From assembly GCA_017551765.1 (NCBI GenBank), contig JAFZKV010000019.1, positions 14,353 to 78,352 on the forward strand: a DNA stretch of 64,000 bases. The letters run 5' to 3'. Numbering within the stretch: the first letter of the stretch is position 1; each line of letters starts with the position of its first letter. The DNA comes from Bacteroidales bacterium (GTDB taxonomy: Bacteria; Bacteroidota; Bacteroidia; Bacteroidales; P3). The position numbers and the translations under genes were made by a program. The notes beneath the pieces were generated by a model. The model did no database searches, was not told the DNA's origin, and worked only from the letters and a program-made list of their open reading frames with translations. Positions 53,424 to 61,797 of this stretch are shown piece after piece.

Positions 53424-54407
53424 TCATTTTTTTCTTCCCGCAAGGGTCTCCATCAGTTCGCGCAGGGGCAGTTTCAGGGCCTCGTCGGCAGGGATGGTGT
53501 CGAGGCATTGCACGGCCGTCCTGAACTCCTTTTCGATGGCCTCTTCTACGGCGCTCTTGAGGTTCATCCTCTCGTAGAGGGCCATCACGCGGCGCACTTT
53601 CTCCTCCTCATCCATGTTGTCTTTGGCGGCAAAAAGAGTCAATAGCTCGTTCCGCTGACTGTCGTTGCCAATCTGCATGGCCAGCAGGGGCAGGTAGCTC
53701 TTCTTGTTGTCGCGAATGTCCTGTCCGGTCTTCTTGCCGAAGACGGCGGTGTCGCCATAGCCGTCCAGCAGGTCGTCCTGTAGCTGGAAGGCCAGACCTA
53801 GATGCAGGCCGAATTCGTATAGTCTCTCGATATCGTCGTCAGGGGCATTGGCATAGAGGGCGCCAATCTTCAATGCACCGGCCAGCAGCACGGCGGTCTT
53901 TTGGCGTATCATGTCCCTGTAGTCTTCGAGGCTCACCTCCTCCAGCGTCATGCGCTCGAAGTTCATGTCCTTCTGCTGCCCTTCGCACACCTCGATGCCG
54001 GTCTCGCAGAAGCATTGCAGTATCGCCTGCAGGCGCGGCGACGGCTGCCGCAGGAAGTAGCGCCAGGCCAGGGCGTACATGGTGTCGCCGCTCAGCACGG
54101 CGGTGTTCTCGTCCCATTTCTGGTAGACGGTGGGCTGGCCGCGCCGCAGGGGCGAGCGGTCCATCAGGTCGTCGTGCAGCAGGGTGAAGTTGTGGAAGGT
54201 CTCGATGCCGAGGGCGGCGCCGCGGACCTCGTCCGTGTTGCCACCGAAGAGGGCGTTGGCCGCCAGCAGCAGGGTGGGGCGGATGCGCTTGCCGCCCAGG
54301 CGCAGCGTGTAGTCGATGGGCTCGTACAGCTCGCGCGGCTCGGCCACGAAGCTCTCCTCCTCGAAAATGCGCTCCACCAGCGACAGATAGTATTTAAGGT
54401 TATTCAT
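53424..54407 (-). CDS. polyprenyl diphosphate synthase
   Basis: First and second Asp-rich motifs LLHDDLMD and QLQDDLLD. Confidence 0.9.
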   Translation of the reverse strand: MNNLKYYLSLVERIFEEESFVAEPRELYEPIDYTLRLGGKRIRPTLLLAANALFGGNTDEVRGAALGIETFHNFTLLHDDLMDRSPLRRGQPTVYQKWDENTAVLSGDTMYALAWRYFLRQPSPRLQAILQCFCETGIEVCEGQQKDMNFERMTLEEVSLEDYRDMIRQKTAVLLAGALKIGALYANAPDDDIERLYEFGLHLGLAFQLQDDLLDGYGDTAVFGKKTGQDIRDNKKSYLPLLAMQIGNDSQRNELLTLFAAKDNMDEEEKVRRVMALYERMNLKSAVEEAIEKEFRTAVQCLDTIPADEALKLPLRELMETLAGRKK

Positions 54408-54469
54408 TTTTTTAATAAGATTTTGCTCTACTCATTGTTCTATTGCCGTTCGCACGCAGTTGGCGGTGT

Positions 54470-54661
54470 CTATGCCATCATAGGCATGATGTCATCAAGT
54501 GTGTACTCCACACCTGCGGTATGCAGGGCATCGTAATGGTCAATAATATACCGCTCGGCACCGGAACGCTCAAACAGATCGTATGTGGCACGGCCGGTGG
54601 TGCCGTTACGGCGCTTGTATTCTTCGATACAATAAATGAGAAATTCCAATTTTCTACTCAT
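54470..54661 (-). CDS. DUF3791-like small protein (second copy)
   Basis: 63 aa from ATG 54661 (TCAT overlap with the upstream stop). LEFLIYCIEEYKRRNG...TYDLF pattern resembles the DUF3791 family. Confidence 0.65.
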   Translation of the reverse strand: MSRKLEFLIYCIEEYKRRNGTTGRATYDLFERSGAERYIIDHYDALHTAGVEYTLDDIMPMMA

Positions 54662-54906
54662 GCCTCTTCGGGATATTGAATCTGTCCTGTTGTAACTTCG
54701 TTGTGCCATAACTCGGCCAAAGCCAAAGGGCTTAGGTGCCAAAGTTTGCTGCTTTCGCGTTCAAGATCAGCATATAGTTGCGAACGGTACAGCATACCGA
54801 CAGCCTCAGATGCTTCAAGGCCATACTCCTTGACCATTCTGTCTACCACCTGCGGTATAATCAGCTGCAGAGTGGCGGTGAATTGAATTTGTTCTTGCTG
54901 GCTCAT
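54658..54906 (-). CDS. DUF3791-like small protein (first copy)
   Basis: 82 aa. 4-nt overlaps with both neighbours. Confidence 0.65.
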   Translation of the reverse strand: MSQQEQIQFTATLQLIIPQVVDRMVKEYGLEASEAVGMLYRSQLYADLERESSKLWHLSPLALAELWHNEVTTGQIQYPEEA

Positions 54907-55391
54907 AGGGTGTATGCTGTTACGAAACGTAAATATGTTAGCGACTTTTCAGTTTTAAACGTTAACTGATTGTATAGTTGCTTCACTTTGAGTCGCGCGA
55001 TGGTTTCCTCTTTGTTAAGGACTCCAGCCTGATAGGCAGCAAAGGTGCGGAAGACATCGTCATTAGCCACAGGGCCAAACGCAAAATCGCAGACCTCTGT
55101 GGCGATGCCATTGCGGTTATTGCTCACATAGTCAAGCCAAGCCTCATCGGGAGAGTCAAACCAAACGTTTTGAAGTTCGGCTTTCATCTTCTCTAAATCC
55201 GCTTCGTAGACATTGACGATTGCTATAGTTGAATGGAGCCGGTCCATTACCTTGCGGGCAAAACCTTCTGCCTGTGTCTCGTTGAGCGTAGTATAGAAAC
55301 CTCTCCCGAAATCCAAAGCCCGATTGGGCTCCATTATTTGTGGAGTCTCAATTCGTTTATCGCTACCGTGGTATACAATCATACTTTCCAT
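54903..55391 (-). CDS. DUF3990 domain protein (predicted ADP-ribosyltransferase-like fold)
   Basis: 162 aa. VYHGS, GRGFYTT and LYNQLTF motifs. Confidence 0.7.
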   Translation of the reverse strand: MESMIVYHGSDKRIETPQIMEPNRALDFGRGFYTTLNETQAEGFARKVMDRLHSTIAIVNVYEADLEKMKAELQNVWFDSPDEAWLDYVSNNRNGIATEVCDFAFGPVANDDVFRTFAAYQAGVLNKEETIARLKVKQLYNQLTFKTEKSLTYLRFVTAYTL

Positions 55392-55574
55392 AACGATAAT
55401 ATCTTTGATTTTATTGTATAAAAGTAGTCTTTGTTTACATTATTTTTAGATAAACGCAATTCTAAGGTAACTTAGAGGGGGAATTTAGGGTTCCCACATA
55501 TGGCGTCTACCTGGTCAAGGTGGGCACACTGCCCGCCCGCAAGGTGGTAGTGGTTAGGTAAACACCCTTTTTGC

Positions 55575-55800
55575 TCCGACATTTCAACGGTTGTTGAACG
55601 GTAGTTTAACGGTATTTCAACGGAAAAAAGCGTTGAACTACCGTTGAACTGCCATTCTTCGCCCGTTGTTCGGCCGTTCTTTGGTCGTTCTTTGCTTTTT
55701 TCCAAAGAACGACCAAAGAACGGCCTTTCAACAACCGTACAACGGCAGTTCTTCAACAGTTCTTCAAGAAAATGTTGAAGAACTGTTGAAGAACTGCTGA
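55575..55800. repeat. composite hairpin repeat (same family as 42247-42382 and 44340-44505)
   Basis: The modules tatttcaacggaaaaaagcgttgaa, gccgttctttggtcgttctttgc...gaacgaccaaagaacgg and cagttcttcaa...ttgaagaactg appear in permuted order. Confidence 0.85.
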
Positions 55801-55908
55801 AGATTTGTTGTCGAACAGGCGGACTCAGGGCGGCAGTGACGAAATGTTGGGGCGGCTGTGCAATAAACGGGCCGTTGAGACGTTATTGGTGTATTAATAA
55901 GGTATAAT

Positions 55909-57231
55909 ATGAGAAAAAAGATACTTTTTGCCGGCATAGGCCTGCTGTTGTCCGCCTCGTTCTGTTCGCTTTCGGCTGTGGCCCAAGGAGTGTTGAAGCC
56001 GCGTCCCGACGCTTTTCCGCCGGTGGACGAGCCGGCTCCCAAGGTGCTCAATATGGCCTCCTCGCTGGAGCAGATGGCCTCGTGGGACCGCTATCCGACC
56101 TACGAGACCTACCTGGCCATGATGAGCCGTTGGGCCCAGGAGTTCCCCACGTTGTGCCATGTGGACACCATAGGCACCAGCCTGGAGGGGCGCCTGATAC
56201 TGAGCATGTACATCGAGCCGCAGACCGACGACGACCTCTACCGCCCCGAGTTTTTCTACAGCTCGACCATCCACGGCGACGAGGTGACGGGCTACGTCAT
56301 GATGCTGCGCCTCATCGACACGCTGCTGCACGGCTACGGCTCCAACCCGCAGTACACCGACCTCATCAACCGCACGCGCATCAGCATCAACCCGCTGGCC
56401 AATCCCGACGGCACCTACCACCGTGGCAACCACACGGTGCAGGGCTCGCAGCGCTACAATGCCAACGGTGTGGACCTCAACCGCAACTATCCCGACCCGT
56501 TCGGTACGGCCAAGGAGGCCCTGCAGCAAGAGAACCAGCTGATGATTGCCTATGTCAGTGCTCATCATTTCAAGCTCAGCGCCAACCTGCACGGCGGCGC
56601 CGAGGTGATGAACTATCCCTGGGACTGCTTCACCACCGCCACCAATCCGCACCCCGCCGCCGACTGGTGGAAGGAGGTGTGCCACCGCTTTGTGGACACT
56701 TCGCGCACCTACAGCAGCAGCCACTTCCGCGATGTCTACCAGGCCGACAACGGTGTCATTGCCGGAGGCGATTGGTACGTCATCCACGGCGGCCGTCAGG
56801 ACTACATCAACTACTACCACAACTGCCTCGAAGTGACGATGGAAATCTCTTCCACCAAGACGCTCTCCACCGACAAGCTGCCGGAGTATTGGCGCTTCCT
56901 ACAGCACTCGCTGGTCAACTACATTGCCGAGATACATTCGCTGCCCGAGGGCTATAACGGCATCTCTGACCTCCACTCCCAGACCTCCGGCTTCTCCGTC
57001 TATCCCAACCCCGCGAGCGACCGAGTGACCCTCGACGGTCTCAACGCTGGCGAGCGCGTCGAGGTGCTCGACCTCAGTGGGCGCGTGGTCACTCAAGCAA
57101 TCAAGCAATCAAGCAATCAAGCAATAACACAATCAAGCACTCACGCAATCACCCTCGACATCAGTTATTTGCCTGCCGGCACCTATCTTGTCGGACCTGC
57201 CGGCAGCAAAAAAATTATCATCAAGTTGTAA
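55909..57231 (+). CDS. M14 family zinc carboxypeptidase with T9SS C-terminal sorting domain
   Basis: STIHGDEVTG zinc motif, NLHGGAEV, and a C-terminal VYPNPASDRVTLDGL...LPAGTYLV domain. Confidence 0.87.
   Translation: MRKKILFAGIGLLLSASFCSLSAVAQGVLKPRPDAFPPVDEPAPKVLNMASSLEQMASWDRYPTYETYLAMMSRWAQEFPTLCHVDTIGTSLEGRLILSMYIEPQTDDDLYRPEFFYSSTIHGDEVTGYVMMLRLIDTLLHGYGSNPQYTDLINRTRISINPLANPDGTYHRGNHTVQGSQRYNANGVDLNRNYPDPFGTAKEALQQENQLMIAYVSAHHFKLSANLHGGAEVMNYPWDCFTTATNPHPAADWWKEVCHRFVDTSRTYSSSHFRDVYQADNGVIAGGDWYVIHGGRQDYINYYHNCLEVTMEISSTKTLSTDKLPEYWRFLQHSLVNYIAEIHSLPEGYNGISDLHSQTSGFSVYPNPASDRVTLDGLNAGERVEVLDLSGRVVTQAIKQSSNQAITQSSTHAITLDISYLPAGTYLVGPAGSKKIIIKL
57093..57150. repeat. 8-nt tandem TCAAGCAA x4 plus degenerate copies inside the M14 sorting domain
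   Basis: Read as QAIKQSSNQAITQSSTHAI. Related CAAT-type words at 13085-13145, 28025-28066 and 63440-63480. Confidence 0.8.
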
Positions 57232-57263
57232 GATTTTGCCGTCTTCGCGCAACTATTAGGTAG

Positions 57264-57764
57264 ATGACGGCAAAAGAATATAACGACGAAGTGCGCCTGT
57301 GGGCCGACGACGCGATGCGCTTTGCGGTGCGTTGCGGAGGCTCGCACGCCGACAGCCAGGACGCTGTACAGGAGGCGCTGGTCTCGTTGTGGCACCGACA
57401 CGAGGCGGTGGACCTCGCCAACGGCAAACGCTACCTGATGGGCGCCGTCTACCGCAGTCTGATGAGTCTTTTCCGCCATCGCCGCGTGGTGCGCATGCAC
57501 GCCGAGGCGACACAGGCCACCGCCGACACAGCGGTGCAACCCGACGAGCGCTTCGACCTGCACGAGGCTGTCGACCGCTGCTTGGCGTTGCTGCCCGAGG
57601 TGCAACGCGCCATCCTGCAGCTGCGCGACGTGGAGGGCTACAGCTACGCCGAGATAGGGAAGACGCTGGGCCTCGATGCCGACCGTGTGCAGGTCTACCT
57701 TTTCCGCGCCCGTGTGGCCATGCGTAAACAATTAAACAATTTAGGCTATGGAAACGATCAATGA
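57264..57764 (+). CDS. RNA polymerase ECF-type sigma factor
   Basis: Region 2 (DAVQEALVSLW) and region 4 HTH (EGYSYAEIGKTLGLDADRVQVYLFRAR). Confidence 0.85.
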   Translation: MTAKEYNDEVRLWADDAMRFAVRCGGSHADSQDAVQEALVSLWHRHEAVDLANGKRYLMGAVYRSLMSLFRHRRVVRMHAEATQATADTAVQPDERFDLHEAVDRCLALLPEVQRAILQLRDVEGYSYAEIGKTLGLDADRVQVYLFRARVAMRKQLNNLGYGNDQ

Positions 57765-58524
57765 TAAAAACTATGAGCTGTGGCTTGTGCGCTATGCCGA
57801 GGGCGACCTGACCGCCGCCGAGCGTCAGGCGGTGGAGGCATGGCTGGTTGCCCATCCCGAGGCTGCCGAGGAGTTGCGGCTCTACGGCGAGGCACCGCAT
57901 CTGCAGCGCGACGAGAGTGTGCGCTATGCCGCCGCCATGCCGCCACAAGCAAAGCCGCTGTGGAGCACCGGCTGGCGCTGGGTGGCCGCCGCCGCGGTGC
58001 TGCTGCTCCTGCTGTCGCCTGTGGTGCTGCCGCTTTTCCGCAGCACCGAACAGCCTGTGCAGGTGGCTCAAACCACACCGCCGGAGGTGGTACCTACGAT
58101 GACCGACAATGCCGTCATAGCCCCTCAGCCGAGGGTCGCGGACCGAAGTATTGTGGACGAGGTGGTGGCCCCGCAGCAGCAGATTGAATATGCCGAGAAC
58201 TATGCTTCGCCGCTGCCGCTTCCGTTGCCCGAGCCAGCCGAACCGGAAGCGCTCTTGGCTACAGTCCCCGAGGAGCCGCAGATGGTTTATGTGGACAACC
58301 TCTTTGTCGAGGACACCACTACCGACCTGGAACAGCAGGTGCTCGCCGTGGCCGAAAGTGCCCGCGAGGGGTTGCAAGGCACCTGGCTGGGCCGCCGCTT
58401 GGCCCGTCGCCTGCCCGATAATGACCAGCTGCTGGCCATGACCGACAACCTGCGCGAGCGCACGCCGCAAGGCATCATTATGGTGGCCGACGCCATTAGA
58501 GTATATAGGAAATCAACAAAATAA
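57748..58524 (+). CDS. putative anti-sigma factor (single-pass membrane protein)
   Basis: Overlaps the sigma gene. N-terminal YAEGDLTAAERQAVEAWL is typical of anti-sigma N-domains. One TM helix. Confidence 0.5.
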   Translation: METINDKNYELWLVRYAEGDLTAAERQAVEAWLVAHPEAAEELRLYGEAPHLQRDESVRYAAAMPPQAKPLWSTGWRWVAAAAVLLLLLSPVVLPLFRSTEQPVQVAQTTPPEVVPTMTDNAVIAPQPRVADRSIVDEVVAPQQQIEYAENYASPLPLPLPEPAEPEALLATVPEEPQMVYVDNLFVEDTTTDLEQQVLAVAESAREGLQGTWLGRRLARRLPDNDQLLAMTDNLRERTPQGIIMVADAIRVYRKSTK

Positions 58525-58533
58525 ACATACATT

Positions 58534-59883
58534 ATGAAACAGACAATCAAAACAGTGGCCCTGTTGGCCACACTGACGCTCCCCGTGATGGGGTGGGCAC
58601 AGTCGTCGCAACTGCTGCCCGACAACATTACCGAGATACGACTCGAGGACTATGCCGCCCTGCGCGTGATGCAAGGCGATGAGAACCGCCTGACGGTCAA
58701 CGGCAGCGCCCGTCAGTTGGGCACCTACAAAGGGGCGCGTCTAACGCTCAAGGAAACCGACAACGAGGCAACGCTCTATCTGAAGCCTGGCCGCAGCATG
58801 AGCTTCAATACACAGGACTTCAGTTTGCTGAACCTGGTAGGTGATTTTTCCCCCTTCGACAGCCTCAGCCTCCACGCAGAAGACTATTCGCGCATTAACT
58901 ACTCAGGCAATGATGGCGACACCCTCCGTATACACAATTTGACGCTGAAGTGCGAGGATTATTCGCGCATCGTCTCCTCGCGTCCGGTGCAGTTCGGAAT
59001 CGGGCGTCATAGTGCAGGCGATTACAGCCTTATCACCCTCGACGCGGTCGACCTCAACAGCCGGCTGGCGCCCGATGGAGTCACGGAAGACCTCTACACA
59101 AACAGCGACTTTGGACGTATTAATACCGGTCGCTACACCGTCGACGGAGAGTTGAAACATCCGCGAGAGGAATATGATAGTGACAAAGCATTGGAGGTGA
59201 TGGACCATGTCACCACCGCTGTGGGCGACCTGGCGCGTCATGCCAAGAAGAAGGTCAACCGCCACCCTTGGGACACGGAGATTGACTTCGCTTGGGGCTG
59301 GAACAATTGGGGCGACCAGATTGGCAGCGGCTTTAACGGTGTCGACGGGGCGGCAGGAGTCAACACCACCTTCCACAACATCCAGCTGGCCGTCAATGTC
59401 CCTGTCATCAATGTGTCGGGCTTTGCCCTCAAGGCAGGTTTGGGCTTGGAGTGGAACCGTTATGTGTTCAATACGCCCGAGGTGCTTTTCGACCCCACCG
59501 CCGACCCGATGGCTTTTGTCTCCGGCACTTGGGGTGCCGGCGTGGCCAGCTCGTACCTCAAGACCTGCCATGTTACGGTACCCGTCAAGTTGGAATTTGG
59601 CAACCCCGACCGTTGGCACGTCAGCCTCACGGCCCTGCCAGGCCTGAATTGGACCGGCAAGAACAGCGGTCTGCGACGCCATTACAATGAGGTGGAGGCT
59701 GTGATGAACGAGCACACGGACAAGGACCGTGGCGTCAACCGCTACCTCAATCCCTATATGTTCGATGTGCGGGTTGCGGTGCAGTACAGCTGCATGGGTG
59801 TCTACCTGCAGCTGTCTACCCTCAGCGCCTTCAAGAATGGCTGCCAGGAGCTGTACCCCATCAAGTTCGGCATCATCTTATAA
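58534..59883 (+). CDS. hypothetical outer-membrane protein (C-terminal beta-barrel)
   Basis: Signal peptide. Repetitive N-terminal half. C-terminal alternating-hydrophobic strands ending ...YPIKFGIIL. Confidence 0.5.
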   Translation: MKQTIKTVALLATLTLPVMGWAQSSQLLPDNITEIRLEDYAALRVMQGDENRLTVNGSARQLGTYKGARLTLKETDNEATLYLKPGRSMSFNTQDFSLLNLVGDFSPFDSLSLHAEDYSRINYSGNDGDTLRIHNLTLKCEDYSRIVSSRPVQFGIGRHSAGDYSLITLDAVDLNSRLAPDGVTEDLYTNSDFGRINTGRYTVDGELKHPREEYDSDKALEVMDHVTTAVGDLARHAKKKVNRHPWDTEIDFAWGWNNWGDQIGSGFNGVDGAAGVNTTFHNIQLAVNVPVINVSGFALKAGLGLEWNRYVFNTPEVLFDPTADPMAFVSGTWGAGVASSYLKTCHVTVPVKLEFGNPDRWHVSLTALPGLNWTGKNSGLRRHYNEVEAVMNEHTDKDRGVNRYLNPYMFDVRVAVQYSCMGVYLQLSTLSAFKNGCQELYPIKFGIIL

Positions 59884-59896
59884 AACTATACCATAG

Positions 59897-59930
59897 AAAA
59901 AAAACAGGACAACAAGTCCTGCTTTTTTTT
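59897..59930. terminator. bidirectional terminator between convergent genes
   Basis: caggac-aacaa-gtcctg stem flanked by A8 and T8. Confidence 0.8.
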
Positions 59931-60477
59931 ATGGGGTGTTCTTGCGGTAGGCGGTGCAGTTGTACACCCCCGTTTTCTTGTCGTAGTCGATGGTTACCGC
60001 ATAGCCGCGGCGTACCATGTTGCTCACCCAATAGGTTACCTCCACTCTGCTGGTCGAGGAGAAGGTGATAAGCGTGTTCTTCACCAGGGTGTCGCTCTCT
60101 GAGGTGCATCCTACAGCCACGTGCTGGCCGCTCTCGGCATAGTCCATCAGGGTGTTGCACAGGGTCATGGCCTCTTCGTCAGAGTATACGGTGGCGGTGA
60201 ATGGGTCGCCATTGACGATATAGCCCACCGTCGAGGCTTTCTGCTCCTTTGCGCTTGTGGCGTTTTCTTGTGGATTGTTGCTGGTTTGGGGAGTGTATTG
60301 GGGTGAGGTGGGGTAGAGCCCCGAGGAAATGGGATTTGTGGACTGTCCAGGTTGCACGGTGGTGTAGTCCTTTTTCAAATCGGCACGCGAGTTGCCCGTG
60401 TTGTATAGTGAGGAGCACCCTGTGGCCATCAGGCATGCGGCAACGAGGGCGGCGGTTTTAAGTCGATGTTTGTTCAT
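59929..60477 (-). CDS. hypothetical lipoprotein
   Basis: Lipobox LMATGC. 182 aa. Confidence 0.55.
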   Translation of the reverse strand: MNKHRLKTAALVAACLMATGCSSLYNTGNSRADLKKDYTTVQPGQSTNPISSGLYPTSPQYTPQTSNNPQENATSAKEQKASTVGYIVNGDPFTATVYSDEEAMTLCNTLMDYAESGQHVAVGCTSESDTLVKNTLITFSSTSRVEVTYWVSNMVRRGYAVTIDYDKKTGVYNCTAYRKNTP

Positions 60478-60920
60478 TGTTCCAATTGTTTGAGTTGGTA
60501 GTTAATCACGCTGTTCAGTTGCTGTTCGTCGTCGACCTGCACAATGCAGAGCGAGCGGTGGCCATAGGAGAGGAATACGAAATGGTGGCCGGTGGCAGGT
60601 TCCAGCTGCCAGGTCTGCAACACATCTTCTCCGTCGTCAATCAGTTGGCGTTGCCGGTCCGTGAGAGGCGGGTGGTCAAACTCCTCCTGCATCCAGGCCC
60701 AGCCGGCACTGTCGAGCGCCTCGATGGTGGTCACGTCGACTTCTGTGCTGTCGTCGAAAGGAAAGTGGTGTATGAACCCCACACGCACCCCTACCTGGTG
60801 CTCGTAGCGGCTGTAGTACTCGCTCACCTTGGGCTTTCCCTGGCAGAGGAAATGGCAGGCTGTGACAACGCCCAAGGCCAGCACCAGCAGCGCTCCTGTG
60901 ATAATCCAGATGCGTTTCAT
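60474..60920 (-). CDS. hypothetical membrane-anchored protein
   Basis: MKRIWIITGALLVLALGVV anchor. ATGA-type overlaps with neighbours. Confidence 0.5.
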   Translation of the reverse strand: MKRIWIITGALLVLALGVVTACHFLCQGKPKVSEYYSRYEHQVGVRVGFIHHFPFDDSTEVDVTTIEALDSAGWAWMQEEFDHPPLTDRQRQLIDDGEDVLQTWQLEPATGHHFVFLSYGHRSLCIVQVDDEQQLNSVINYQLKQLEQ

Positions 60921-61207
60921 ATCTTGGTCAGTATTTGTTCTGCACAACTAAGCACTGCCTCGATGCCACCGGCCTCGTTGCACACCACCTGTGCGGTGGC
61001 GGCCGTAGGCAACAACAGGCCGTAGAATGTGGGCACGGCAACAAGGATGCCGACGGCAAGCAGGGTGTGCATCCTGCGCCGACGGGCGCACCACGGCTGC
61101 AGGCCGGCGGTCATCTCCGACATCAGGCCCTCCAGGTGCCTGTTGTCCTCGCTGCGCCGCATCAGGGCCTCTCTGTCAATCATTCGGTTTATTTCTTCTT
61201 CAGTCAT
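60917..61207 (-). CDS. hypothetical small single-TM protein (possible anti-sigma)
   Basis: 96 aa with one TM helix, directly downstream of the sigma factor gene. Confidence 0.45.
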   Translation of the reverse strand: MTEEEINRMIDREALMRRSEDNRHLEGLMSEMTAGLQPWCARRRRMHTLLAVGILVAVPTFYGLLLPTAATAQVVCNEAGGIEAVLSCAEQILTKI

Positions 61208-61216
61208 AGTCGGTTT

Positions 61217-61720
61217 TTATTTTGTTTTGGTCTGTTTCTCGTATGCTTCGCGCATTTTGATGACGATGCGTTGCCGCAGTTGGCTCACGCTGGCCGCCTT
61301 GATGTGCATCCGCTCGGCTATCTCGGCCACGCTGTAACCATTAAGAAGCATCTCCAGCAGCTCGTGCTCATGCGGGGTGAGGCAGGTGGCCAGGTCTTCG
61401 AGGGTCTCGCGGTGGCTGTCCACCGGCTCGGCGGTGTCGTGCTGTTCGTCGAGCGGCTCGGTCTCAATGGTGCGGCGTCGGCGCCGATGCGAGAAGACAC
61501 TGCGGCAGTGATACTTCACCCACAGGCGCTCCTGCTGTGCTGTAGCGTTGGGACGCAGCGTGTGGCGATAGTGCCACAAGGCTGTCGCTACCTCCTGCAT
61601 CAGGTCGGCACACAGTGCATCCTCACCGCCCGAGTGCCACCAGCACAGCCGCCGTATCAGGGTCTTGTGTCGTAGCATCAGGTTGTCGAAGTCATCGTAT
61701 CGCTCGCGAGTCTCTGCCAT
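61217..61720 (-). CDS. sigma-70 family RNA polymerase sigma factor
   Basis: Region 4 HTH: LLNGYSVAEIAERMHIKAASVSQLRQR. Confidence 0.8.
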   Translation of the reverse strand: MAETRERYDDFDNLMLRHKTLIRRLCWWHSGGEDALCADLMQEVATALWHYRHTLRPNATAQQERLWVKYHCRSVFSHRRRRRTIETEPLDEQHDTAEPVDSHRETLEDLATCLTPHEHELLEMLLNGYSVAEIAERMHIKAASVSQLRQRIVIKMREAYEKQTKTK

Positions 61721-61797
61721 ATAGGGTGCTTCTCTACAATAATAATAACCACCTTTCGTGGCAAATCTCTACAAGGGTGATGCGTATTTAGGATTAT

